A DNA stretch of 64,000 nt from Candidatus Kapaibacterium sp. (GTDB lineage: Bacteria; Bacteroidota; Ignavibacteria; Kapaibacteriales; Kapaibacteriaceae), in the NCBI GenBank assembly GCA_044345485.1, contig JBIJAX010000003.1, forward strand, positions 2,426 through 66,425. Reading direction: 5' to 3'. The notes below the pieces were generated by a model that was not told the DNA's origin, searched no databases, and saw only the letters and a list, made by a program, of their open reading frames with translations. Position 1 is the first letter of the stretch. Every line of letters begins with the position of its first letter. Below, in pieces: positions 23,210 to 32,064 of this stretch. The translations under genes were made by a program, and so were the position numbers.

Positions 23210-25202
23210 TCGCGCGCCGAATCGACTCGCGAGCGAACAATCGCCGTATCTGCTTCAGCATGCCTATAACCCTGTGGACTGGTATCCATGGGGCGACGAA
23301 GCATTCGATCGTGCGCGTGCAGAGAACAAGCCAATCTTTGTAAGCATTGGCTACGCCACATGCCACTGGTGTCATGTGATGGAGCGCGAGTCATTCGAAG
23401 ACGACACGGTTGCCGAGTATCTGAACAACAACTTCATCAGCATCAAGGTAGACCGGGAAGAACGTCCAGACGTTGATGCAATGTGCATGGATGTGTGCCA
23501 GACATTGACTGGACACGGCGGCTGGCCCCTTACCATCATTATGGATGCTGAGAAGCGTCCGTTCTTTGCCGGCACCTACTTCCCTCGCTATTCTGTTGGG
23601 AACCGACTCGGATTTCTCGACGTGCTGGCGCGTTTAAAGGAGGTCTGGGTGCTCGATCACCAGAAGGTGGTTGAGACAGCATCGATGATTGTGCAGGCAC
23701 TGCGCGATCAGGCCCAGGCAAGCTTTGTAGGTGATGTTCCCATGAACGTCTTCGAGATTGTAGCAGATCATCACAAGCGTACGTTCGATGAAGCGTTCGG
23801 CGGGTTTGGCTCGCAGCCAAAGTTTCCGTCACCACATCATCTGCTGTTGCTGCTACGTATTGCCCATAGGACAAACGACAAGGGACTGCTGAGCATGGTC
23901 TGCTCTACACTCGACGCTTGGCGTTCAGGAGGCATCTACGATCAAGTAGGGTTTGGCATGCATCGCTATAGCACTGACCGAGAGTGGAAGGTGCCACACT
24001 TTGAGAAGATGCTCTACGACCAGGCCATGGCCATGATGGCCTATACCGAAGCATGGCAGATGACGCGGGATAGTGTCTACGAGAAAGTTGTAATGGAAAT
24101 CGCCCAGTTTCTTCTGCGCGAGATGACGAGTGAAGAAGGGGCGTTCTATTCTGCTCAGGATGCAGACTCTGAGGGCGAAGAAGGCAAGTACTATGTGTGG
24201 ACCCATGACGAACTTCATGGGATGTCGGACGAACTGAAGGCGATGCTCAATGTGCGCATCGATGGAAACTTCCATGACGAAGCGTCGGGCAATCCTATGC
24301 CCTCGAACATTCTGCATGTGCGCCCAACCAATTTGAGAGAACTGCAGAACAACGAGGAATGGAGCGTGCTGCGTCCGCAGATTCTGCAGCAGCGCCTCAA
24401 GCGTGTGCGCCCGCTTACCGATGACAAAGTCCTGGCCGACTGGAATGGACTCATGATCGGGGCACTTGCTAAAGCAGCACGGGCCTTTACCAATGAACTC
24501 TTGCTGGAGATGGCCGTTGCAGCCTACGGGGCCTTTGCTCAGCCCCTTGCCTGCCATCGTATGCGTAACGGCGATATGGCGATCGATCCAATGCTCGACG
24601 ATGTATCGTCGATGGGTTGGGCTGCCCTTGAGCTCTACCAGACAACCGGCGCCAGTTCATATCTCTACGACGCCCGGCAGAGCGCAGATCGAATTCTTAA
24701 AGAGTTCGCTGATGACCAGGGGGCCTTGTATAGCGTTCACCAACACGTAACCGACATCCCCGTCAGACAAAAGAACGGATTCGACAGTGCCTATCCGTGT
24801 GGGAACAGCATGGCCTCGATGCTCTTTGCCGGACTCGGCGCGATCTGCAATGAGCAGCGCTATCGCGAAGCCGCGCGCGCATGTGTGCAGACATACGGTG
24901 CGCAGCTCCAGCAGTTTGGCCCAGGCTATTGTATGCTCCTGTGTGCGTGGGACATGATCACAGCAGAGTCGTCAGAAATAGCCTTGAACGGCGATGCATC
25001 CGAGCAGCCGTTTAGCGCGCTGGTGGCTGAGTACACAGGCGCATTTAACCCATCGGCGGTTTTTGTGCATCGTCCAACAGACCACCTCGGACGCGAACTC
25101 CTTTCAGGAGCTGGCTACCCATGGGAGCAAGCACCTCAGGACAGTGTGCTCGTATGCAAAGCATACACGTGCGAGCTTCCTCGCACCGTTAACCGACAAT
25201 AG
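23199..25202 (+). CDS. thioredoxin domain-containing protein (DUF255/YyaL-like)
   Basis: [22 protein letters not shown] and [13 protein letters not shown]-terminal motifs, followed by a large alpha/alpha-toroid-like C-terminal part; 667 aa. Confidence 0.8.
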   Translation: MQDNRAPNRLASEQSPYLLQHAYNPVDWYPWGDEAFDRARAENKPIFVSIGYATCHWCHVMERESFEDDTVAEYLNNNFISIKVDREERPDVDAMCMDVCQTLTGHGGWPLTIIMDAEKRPFFAGTYFPRYSVGNRLGFLDVLARLKEVWVLDHQKVVETASMIVQALRDQAQASFVGDVPMNVFEIVADHHKRTFDEAFGGFGSQPKFPSPHHLLLLLRIAHRTNDKGLLSMVCSTLDAWRSGGIYDQVGFGMHRYSTDREWKVPHFEKMLYDQAMAMMAYTEAWQMTRDSVYEKVVMEIAQFLLREMTSEEGAFYSAQDADSEGEEGKYYVWTHDELHGMSDELKAMLNVRIDGNFHDEASGNPMPSNILHVRPTNLRELQNNEEWSVLRPQILQQRLKRVRPLTDDKVLADWNGLMIGALAKAARAFTNELLLEMAVAAYGAFAQPLACHRMRNGDMAIDPMLDDVSSMGWAALELYQTTGASSYLYDARQSADRILKEFADDQGALYSVHQHVTDIPVRQKNGFDSAYPCGNSMASMLFAGLGAICNEQRYREAARACVQTYGAQLQQFGPGYCMLLCAWDMITAESSEIALNGDASEQPFSALVAEYTGAFNPSAVFVHRPTDHLGRELLSGAGYPWEQAPQDSVLVCKAYTCELPRTVNRQ

Positions 25203-25205
25203 AGC

Positions 25206-26090
25206 ATGACGGACGAAGTCCGTACTTTTGCATCCATGGCAGTTCTGATCGACGGAAATTCACTCGAAGAAGTCAATGTACTCGCAAGCGCGCGCGGAAT
25301 AACACCTGGACTTAATCTCTTGCTTGTTGGCGAAGATCCGGCAAGTGCGGTCTATGTGCGTAACAAGGGAAAGGACTGCGAAAAGGTTGGCATACACTCA
25401 ACGATTCTCAGACTGCCCGAAACAGCTTCAGAACAGGAAGTGCTCGATGTGGTTCACGCGTGGAATGCCGACAACTCGGTTCACGGAATCCTCGTGCAGC
25501 TTCCACTACCAAAGCACATCAACGAACATCGCGTGATCAACACAATATCACCGTTAAAAGATGTTGATGGATTCCATCCGGAAAACGCCGGCAAAGTGAT
25601 GATCGGTCTCGACGGATTTATTCCTTGCACTCCATACGGAGTGCTCGAAATGCTTCGCAGGTACAACATCGAAACATCAGGCAAGCATGCTGTGATCGTT
25701 GGACGCAGCAATATCGTAGGCAAGCCCCTTTCAATTCTTCTCGCACAGAAGAGAACGCCCGGCAATGCCACAGTTACGATTTGTCATACCGGAACACCAG
25801 ACATCGCGCAGTACACGCGCACGGCCGACATTCTGATTAGCGCTGTTGGACACCATGGAGTAATCACAAAGGATCACGTCAAGCCTGGTGCCGTTGTCAT
25901 CGACGTTGGTATCAATCGTATCACGTTGCCCGACGGAACCACGAAGCTCGTTGGTGATGTGCTGTTTGATGAAGTAGAACCAATCGCTCAGGCAATCACT
26001 CCTGTGCCAGGTGGCGTTGGCCCAATGACGCGTGCAATGCTGCTGCGAAACACGCTCAAGGCCGCACAGGCAGTTGGGGGCCAGTTGTGA
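25206..26090 (+). CDS. folD: bifunctional methylenetetrahydrofolate dehydrogenase/cyclohydrolase
   Basis: GRSNIVGKPL and PVPGGVGPMT motifs. An alternative start MAVLIDGN lies at 25236. Confidence 0.9.
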   Translation: MTDEVRTFASMAVLIDGNSLEEVNVLASARGITPGLNLLLVGEDPASAVYVRNKGKDCEKVGIHSTILRLPETASEQEVLDVVHAWNADNSVHGILVQLPLPKHINEHRVINTISPLKDVDGFHPENAGKVMIGLDGFIPCTPYGVLEMLRRYNIETSGKHAVIVGRSNIVGKPLSILLAQKRTPGNATVTICHTGTPDIAQYTRTADILISAVGHHGVITKDHVKPGAVVIDVGINRITLPDGTTKLVGDVLFDEVEPIAQAITPVPGGVGPMTRAMLLRNTLKAAQAVGGQL

Positions 26091-26845
26091 AACGTCAGCA
26101 GCTTGAAGTACTCCATCACGATGCCGACATTGTGGTGGTGAATAAACCGTCCGGACTTCTCTCGATCCCGGACCGTTATGATGTAACCCTGCCGAGCGTA
26201 AAGACCCTTGTGCGAGAAAAGTTCGGTACGTCCTACCCTGTGCACCGACTCGACCGTGAAACATCGGGCGTGCTGGTGGTGGCGCTCAACCCAGATGCGC
26301 ATCGCGCGCTAAATACCCAGTTCGAGCAGCACACCGTCCGTAAGACCTACCTTGCTATTGTCTCGGGTATCGTAGATCGCGACACGATAGACATCGACAT
26401 TCCGATCATGCCCGACCCACGCCGAAAGGGTCTGATGAAGCCGTCGGCGCGTGGGAAGGAAGCGCGCACGATTCTGCGCGTAGTAGAAAAGTTTCGTCTT
26501 GCCACACTTGTAGAGTGCGATCTGATCACTGGACGTCAGCATCAGATTCGGGTTCATTGTTCAGCCATCGGACATCCTCTCTTGGTCGATGCCGATTACG
26601 GCACGTCAAAGGCGTTCATGCTTTCGTCGATCAAACGCAAATTCAATCTTGCCAAGGGGCAAGACGAACGTCCAATCATCGACCGGTTAACTCTGCATGC
26701 AGCAAAGCTCTCATTTGTCCACCCTATAAGTGGGGAAGAGTTGAACTTTAGTGCCGACCCACCGAAGGACTTCAACGCAACACTTCAGGTATTGCGCAAG
26801 TACGCCGCCCCGTATGCCTCGGCATTCGATGCCGAGTTCTTCTAA
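26087..26845 (+). CDS. RluA family pseudouridine synthase
   Basis: Catalytic HRLDRETSGVLVVA motif. The GTG start overlaps the folD stop (GTGA). Confidence 0.85.
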   Translation: MKRQQLEVLHHDADIVVVNKPSGLLSIPDRYDVTLPSVKTLVREKFGTSYPVHRLDRETSGVLVVALNPDAHRALNTQFEQHTVRKTYLAIVSGIVDRDTIDIDIPIMPDPRRKGLMKPSARGKEARTILRVVEKFRLATLVECDLITGRQHQIRVHCSAIGHPLLVDADYGTSKAFMLSSIKRKFNLAKGQDERPIIDRLTLHAAKLSFVHPISGEELNFSADPPKDFNATLQVLRKYAAPYASAFDAEFF

Positions 26846-26848
26846 GCT

Positions 26849-28318
26849 GTGTACCGCGTCGCACGATACGTTGTCTATTCGCTTCTGCTATTCCTCGCCT
26901 TCCGGCAGGATGTTTACATCGCCAACAACCCATTGCAGGAAGATGGCTATTACTCGTTAACTGTTGCCAGAAATCTGGCACTTGGTAACGGATACACCAT
27001 CGACGGCTCAATGCCTACGAGTGGCTTTCAGCCCCTGGTGACCACTGTTAGCTCTCTTTGCTTTATGGCCTCAGGCCGAGACCGCATAGTGGGCCTACGA
27101 CTCTATCTGGTGCTCTCTCTTTTCGTGCATGCTCTATGTGCATGGGTGTTTGCTCGTGTTGTTTCGCAGCTTGTGCCTGATAAAGGCATCATTCCATGGT
27201 TGCCAGCAATAGAGCTATGGTATCTGGTATCGCTCTACATGTTCACGCTACATTTCAACGGACTTGAAACAGGCGTGCTACTCCTAGGATACGGACTCCT
27301 TGTTCTGCATCTGCTTTCCATACCTGCCATGCCTAAGCGTTCATGGACGCTCACGCTTGGCGTGCTGCTCGGACTCATGATCCTAACTCGCATCGATGTG
27401 CTGGTGCCCTCCTCTGTGCTTCTGCTCTGGCTGCTAATGCGAGAGCCTTCCGTGCGCAAGGGTGATATTCTCCTTGCCGCTATAGCAACCGGGTTGATCA
27501 TTTTACCGTGGTTTGCTTATATCTATACCACCTTTGGCACCATTATGCCATCTGGAGGTGCAGCTCAGTCATCGACGGTCTTTACAGCCGAACGCATGGA
27601 GCAGGCCTTCATGAACATCGCTGAGGCGCTCGTACCATTTGCGTTCCTGCGCTTTCATCTCTTCTCAAGCTTTTGGGGCGAGGTTGCACGACTTGTGCTG
27701 TTCGTTGCGCTTGTGCCGGTGATGTGGGGTGCCGCGAAGTACGTCCGTCATGCGATATCTACACAGGCACGGAGTAGCTTAGGGGTATTCTTTATTGGCA
27801 TCATTGCGATGTGCGCGTATTACGTGCTCACAAACTTTGCCACATGGCACTATACGAGGTACTTCGCACCACTCGCGTACGGCATATCTCTGCTGGTGGT
27901 AGTGGCATTCATCAAAAGCCCCCTACACGATCGCATCAAACACCTTGTTGTTGCTGCATATGGCGTTTTGTTCCTCGGAGTTGTAGGCTCCATGCTCCTT
28001 GGGAAGGGGGCTGGTAACGAAATGGTTGTGGATCAGTTAGCCCTAGTGCAACGGTACGTGTCGTCAGCTGATGCTGTAGCGTCGGGTCAAACCGGTACGC
28101 TGGGTTTTATGCGCGACCATGTGCTGAACATCGACGGAAAGGTCAATCACGAAGCCTTGATGCGTCGCAGAGCGATTCCCGAGTATTTGGCCGAGCGAAA
28201 CGTGCGCTGGTTCTGTGATGAACCCGAGCTGATCGAGCGATTTTTGGGTCATGATTGGCAGCGGCACGGATGGCGTATTATCGGTCAAAAAGGTAACTTT
28301 GTTTTGTTGCGCAGATAA
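26849..28318 (+). CDS. polytopic membrane protein, possibly GT-C (ArnT/PMT-like) glycosyltransferase
   Basis: About 11 hydrophobic helices, an N-terminal loop YYSLTVARNLALGNGY, and a soluble ~90-aa C-terminus. GTG start 3 nt after the rluA-family stop. Function is not established. Confidence 0.45.
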   Translation: MYRVARYVVYSLLLFLAFRQDVYIANNPLQEDGYYSLTVARNLALGNGYTIDGSMPTSGFQPLVTTVSSLCFMASGRDRIVGLRLYLVLSLFVHALCAWVFARVVSQLVPDKGIIPWLPAIELWYLVSLYMFTLHFNGLETGVLLLGYGLLVLHLLSIPAMPKRSWTLTLGVLLGLMILTRIDVLVPSSVLLLWLLMREPSVRKGDILLAAIATGLIILPWFAYIYTTFGTIMPSGGAAQSSTVFTAERMEQAFMNIAEALVPFAFLRFHLFSSFWGEVARLVLFVALVPVMWGAAKYVRHAISTQARSSLGVFFIGIIAMCAYYVLTNFATWHYTRYFAPLAYGISLLVVVAFIKSPLHDRIKHLVVAAYGVLFLGVVGSMLLGKGAGNEMVVDQLALVQRYVSSADAVASGQTGTLGFMRDHVLNIDGKVNHEALMRRRAIPEYLAERNVRWFCDEPELIERFLGHDWQRHGWRIIGQKGNFVLLRR

Positions 28319-28357
28319 CGAACGCATCTCACTACTAACCAACCATCTCCTAGACTC

Positions 28358-28906
28358 ATGATTGTTGTACTCTTTGGTGCCCCTGGCGTGGGCAAGGGAA
28401 CTCAGGCTGTTATTCTTGCTCAAAAGCTTGGCATTGCGCATCTGAGCACAGGAGATGCTTTCAGGGCTGCAATCAAGAATCAGACTGCCGTTGGCATGCT
28501 GGCGAAGGGATATGTAGACGCCGGCGACCTTGTCCCGGATGATGTGGTAGCCCGTATCGTGGAAGAAGCGATGAACGGTGAAGAATTCACCAAGGGCTGC
28601 ATTTTGGACGGGTTCCCGCGCACGCGCGCTCAGGCTGATGCACTGCAGGCTTTGCTTGCAACGAAGGGGCTTTCCGTGGACAAGGTTGTAAACCTTGAGG
28701 TAGATGACGAAACCATTATTGCCCGTCTCCTGCAACGCGGCCGAGCAGATGACCAAGAGGATATCATCCGTAATCGCCTCTCAGTCTATAACGCAGAGAC
28801 CGCGCCTCTTCTCGAATATTATAGCAACCTCAGCCTACTAACCAGTGTGGATGGAATAGGAGAGGTAGAAGAGGTTTCCGCCCGCATCCTGGACGTCCTG
28901 AAGTAA
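28358..28906 (+). CDS. adk: adenylate kinase (short lid, no zinc knuckle)
   Basis: P-loop GAPGVGKGTQA, LSTGDAFR, DGFPRT; 182 aa. Confidence 0.9.
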   Translation: MIVVLFGAPGVGKGTQAVILAQKLGIAHLSTGDAFRAAIKNQTAVGMLAKGYVDAGDLVPDDVVARIVEEAMNGEEFTKGCILDGFPRTRAQADALQALLATKGLSVDKVVNLEVDDETIIARLLQRGRADDQEDIIRNRLSVYNAETAPLLEYYSNLSLLTSVDGIGEVEEVSARILDVLK

Positions 28907-28909
28907 ACT

Positions 28910-28934
28910 TTTCCACAATTGTGGAATACTTTTT
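28910..28934 (+). terminator. perfect 16-nt palindrome TTCCACAATTGTGGAA followed by TACTTTTTG (adk terminator and/or operator)
   Basis: Palindrome at 28910-28925, starting 4 nt after the adk stop, followed by a T-run. The stem is short (6 bp + 4-nt loop), so a protein-binding site is equally possible. Confidence 0.4.
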
Positions 28935-28995
28935 GATGTAACTTTGGTAGTTGGAATCAAGCCAAAGGGACTAAATGAACATCGAAAGGTTCATA

Positions 28996-30345
28996 ATGAA
29001 AAAGGGCACAGCCATAGTTGTCATGATAATGGCAGCCATCGTTGCAATTGCGGCTCCGATACATGCGCAAACCCGGAAGGGCGATTTAACAGCTTCTGCG
29101 CATTATTCAGCAAATTTCTACCGCGGTGAGTTCTTGTCCGGACGCGCTGGTGATGGTGGGTTGTTTACGTTATCGTATAACACCTCCGACCGATTCTGGA
29201 TCGAAGGTCGTGTCGGACTTGGCTCCTATCATTGGCAGACAAACCCGACGTTAATACGGAAGTACTCGGACTACTATGGACCATCTGCAGCGTTGGGCGG
29301 ATCGTATCCAGGCTCTACAATTAAGATCGAATCGCAGAACCAGGCCAGCCTTACTGCGCTCGATGTAACGTTTGGCTACGTTCTTCTGCCCAATACGTCC
29401 TTTGTACCATTTATCACAGGCGGCTTTGGCCTTGTGAGCTTTCACCCATCGAACACCTCGGACGGTGCACCGCTGCTGAACTACGAAAACGGCGTGTATC
29501 CATCATCAGTAGCAAGCATCCCAATCGGTGTTGGAGTCCTTGTTCCGATTGCAGACCAACTGTCACTGTCGGCTCGGTACGATCACCGATTTGTATTCTC
29601 GGGATACCTCGACGACTACGAAGTCCGTGGTACTAATGATGGTTTGTCGGCACTCTCTATAGGGCTGTCCTATCGGTTCAATGATCGTTCAGAGCAAGGG
29701 AAGGGGCAATACTGGTGTGAACAGTGCACAACGAGGTACGACGCAAACAACTGCGCCATCTGCGCTGCTCAACAGTGTGAGATCTGCCGCCAACGAAGAG
29801 GTACTAGTGATAACCTTGCGTCACATGAGCACACTGTACCCCAAATCCCGCAGTCACCAGAACCACCGAGACCCGAGCTTCCTGCAGCGGAACCAGAACC
29901 TGCTCCTGAGCCGGTTAAGGAACCAGCCAGCCCGGCGGGACCAATGAAAAAGTTGACAGCACAGGGCATTCGTTTTAACGTCAATTCTGATGTGATCGAT
30001 TTTTCTGATCCTACAACCAAGACTCGCATGGCAGAGATGTTGGAATACCTCACACAGGATTGTGATGAACTCGAAGTACTTGTTGAAGGCCACGCTTCGG
30101 TAGATGGACCTGCAAAGCGTAATCAAGAACTGTCTGTTATGCGTGCCCGTGCCGTCTCAAAATGGCTCCTCGATAACGGTGTTCCAGAAGAGCGAATCAA
30201 GGGCTCAATTGGCTTTGGTTCATCGATGCCTCGTGTGCCGGATCCGTCCCCAGCAGTTGCTCGAAAAATGACAAAGCAGCAGCTTGAAGCTATTCGTGAA
30301 CAAAATAGACGTATCGAATTGTCTGTTCTAAGAGATTGCGAATAA
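28996..30345 (+). CDS. OmpA family outer-membrane protein (beta-barrel + Cys-rich/Pro-rich linker + OmpA-like domain)
   Basis: Signal peptide MKKGTAIVVMIMAAIVAIAAPIHA; C-terminal LVEGHASVDGPAKRNQELSVMRARAVSKWL OmpA-like motif. ATG 28996 is preceded by GAAAGG. Confidence 0.8.
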   Translation: MKKGTAIVVMIMAAIVAIAAPIHAQTRKGDLTASAHYSANFYRGEFLSGRAGDGGLFTLSYNTSDRFWIEGRVGLGSYHWQTNPTLIRKYSDYYGPSAALGGSYPGSTIKIESQNQASLTALDVTFGYVLLPNTSFVPFITGGFGLVSFHPSNTSDGAPLLNYENGVYPSSVASIPIGVGVLVPIADQLSLSARYDHRFVFSGYLDDYEVRGTNDGLSALSIGLSYRFNDRSEQGKGQYWCEQCTTRYDANNCAICAAQQCEICRQRRGTSDNLASHEHTVPQIPQSPEPPRPELPAAEPEPAPEPVKEPASPAGPMKKLTAQGIRFNVNSDVIDFSDPTTKTRMAEMLEYLTQDCDELEVLVEGHASVDGPAKRNQELSVMRARAVSKWLLDNGVPEERIKGSIGFGSSMPRVPDPSPAVARKMTKQQLEAIREQNRRIELSVLRDCE

Positions 30346-30356
30346 AGGCACTTATG

Positions 30357-30382
30357 ATTCTATGAATGACAATTCATAGAAT
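30357..30382. repeat. perfect 11-bp inverted repeat ATTCTATGAAT-GACA-ATTCATAGAAT
   Basis: Read directly; begins 12 nt after the ompA-family stop. Confidence 0.85.
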
Positions 30383-30406
30383 GTTCATGGGTAATTGTGG
30401 AAAACT

Positions 30407-30467
30407 CCCCAATTTGCGGCCCCTTCGATCGTCCGAGGGGGCCCCGACTTGGGGATTTTTTTATTCT
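30407..30467 (+). terminator. Rho-independent terminator (nested GC-rich hairpin + T-run)
   Basis: Outer stem CCCCAA/TTGGGG (30407-30412 / 30449-30454). Inner stem GGCCCCTTCG/CGAGGGGGCC (30418-30427 / 30434-30443, one G-U). Followed by ATTTTTTTATT. Confidence 0.65.
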
Positions 30468-30533
30468 TGATGGCAGTGTAGGGTGATTGCACATCAAGTT
30501 AGTGCTTCTGGACTACTACAGGAGGATGACCCT

Positions 30534-31220
30534 ATGAAGAAGATACTTTCTCTCGGCGTGTTCGCTCGCATAGCGATCTTCGTTGTTGTTGTTGTGCTTG
30601 TTATGTCGGTTAGTTTATTGGTTCAGGCACACGATGCTCCCACCTCGGTTGTTGTGGCATCCGAAGTAGCAACACCAGCCCCATTACCAGTTGTTGAGAA
30701 GCTTGAGATGTCTGACGTACCAGATGGTCTCGCCTCGTGGTATGGTGAGGATTTTCACGGACGGCGCACCGCAAGTGGTGCACGGTATGATATGAATGAG
30801 TTGACGGCAGCGCACAAGACACTTCCTTTTGGAACGCTGCTACGGGTTGTTAATGAGCAAACCGGCAAAGCCGTGCTCGTTGAGGTAACAGACAGGGGGC
30901 CATTTGTAAAGCGCCGCGTTGTAGATCTCTCGCGAGCTGCTGCCAGGTTCCTGGGTGTGTCTGTGAGCCCTGTTGCGGTAGACGCAATTCGCAAGGATGA
31001 GGTTCTCCGATTTTATGAGAACAACGACTCAACTTTAATGGTCTTTACAAGTGACTATAAGCCCCTTGCCGTGCGCAAGCAGGCAATAGCTATGGTTGGA
31101 CAACCAGGCTCACTGACATCTGCGATTGGCTCCTTGAAGAGCGGCGAGCAGATCCTTGTCAATGTAACAGACAAAAGCCGGCTTACATATAGTCGCGTAC
31201 AGGTCGATACAGTTCTCTAG
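30534..31220 (+). CDS. rlpA: septal ring lytic transglycosylase RlpA family protein (DPBB domain)
   Basis: GLASWYGEDFHGRRTASGARYDMNELTAAHKTLPFGTLLRVVN...VEVTDRGPF. ATG 30534 is preceded by AGGAGG at 8-nt spacing. Confidence 0.85.
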   Translation: MKKILSLGVFARIAIFVVVVVLVMSVSLLVQAHDAPTSVVVASEVATPAPLPVVEKLEMSDVPDGLASWYGEDFHGRRTASGARYDMNELTAAHKTLPFGTLLRVVNEQTGKAVLVEVTDRGPFVKRRVVDLSRAAARFLGVSVSPVAVDAIRKDEVLRFYENNDSTLMVFTSDYKPLAVRKQAIAMVGQPGSLTSAIGSLKSGEQILVNVTDKSRLTYSRVQVDTVL

Positions 31221-31308
31221 TTTTGCCTCCAGAAAACATTGTCGGTATGAAACCTTCGCTGGCCGCGGGTTGTCATAACCGCTGAACAACTTTTTTGGAG
31301 TACTTCGC

Positions 31309-32040
31309 ATGCGTTTACTTGTTGCAACCCTTGCTCTGCTTGTTGTTGGAGCTACCTCGTCCTTTTCCATTGACCTGGAAGAAGTTATCGCAAAGGCCAC
31401 TGCTGCGCGTGGAGGCGAAAAGGCAATTGAGGCACTCTCGACAGTAGTGAAAGAAGGCACAATGTCGATGGCGCAGGGAATGGAATTGAATTTTACAGAG
31501 ACCACCAAGCGTCCAAGCAAGTTCCGCATGGACATGAGCTTTCAGGGCATGGCAATGGTACAGGCATTTGATGGAACCACGGCCTGGAGCATCAATCCGA
31601 TGAACGGTGGTAAGCCTGAGAAAGCTGGCGCCGAAGAAGTGAAGAAGATGGTTGAGCAGGCAGACATGGACGGCGAGCTCATCGATTGGAAGAATAAGGG
31701 CTACAAGCTCGAACTCGTCGGATCAGAGGATATCGATGGATCAACAGCATACAAGATCAAGTCCACAAAAGATGATGAAACATCATTTATTTACATCGAT
31801 GCAGTCACTTGGTATTTAGCCAAGGTTGATAAGAAGATCAACATGATGGGCCAGGAAGCAGAAGTTGAGATGGTATTCTCTAACTATCAAGATGTGAATG
31901 GCGTGCAAATGCCAATGCTCATGGAGATGCGTTCTGACGGACAAACAATGATGTCAATGTCCTATTCGAGCATCAAGGCCAACGTTGATGTACCGGACGC
32001 CCGATTTGCATTCCCGAGTGAAGACGGCAAGAAGAAGTAA
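31309..32040 (+). CDS. secreted LolA-like / outer-membrane lipoprotein-sorting-like protein
   Basis: Signal peptide plus a beta-rich 220-aa body, resembling LolA-fold proteins often found next to BNR/sortilin proteins. Family call is from memory only. Confidence 0.45.
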   Translation: MRLLVATLALLVVGATSSFSIDLEEVIAKATAARGGEKAIEALSTVVKEGTMSMAQGMELNFTETTKRPSKFRMDMSFQGMAMVQAFDGTTAWSINPMNGGKPEKAGAEEVKKMVEQADMDGELIDWKNKGYKLELVGSEDIDGSTAYKIKSTKDDETSFIYIDAVTWYLAKVDKKINMMGQEAEVEMVFSNYQDVNGVQMPMLMEMRSDGQTMMSMSYSSIKANVDVPDARFAFPSEDGKKK

Positions 32041-32064
32041 TCCCCCCCACGTCGGACGAATACC

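Noticed and set aside
28921-28936. Sigma-54 (-24 TGGCAC / -12 TTGC) or ECF-type promoter reading of the TGGAAT/TGGAAA motifs upstream of the ompA-like and rlpA-like genes
   Set aside because: GG-to-GC spacing does not fit the -24/-12 rule at either site (TGGAATACTTTTTGA; TGGAAAACTCCCCAATTTGC). No convincing ECF -10 element was seen either.
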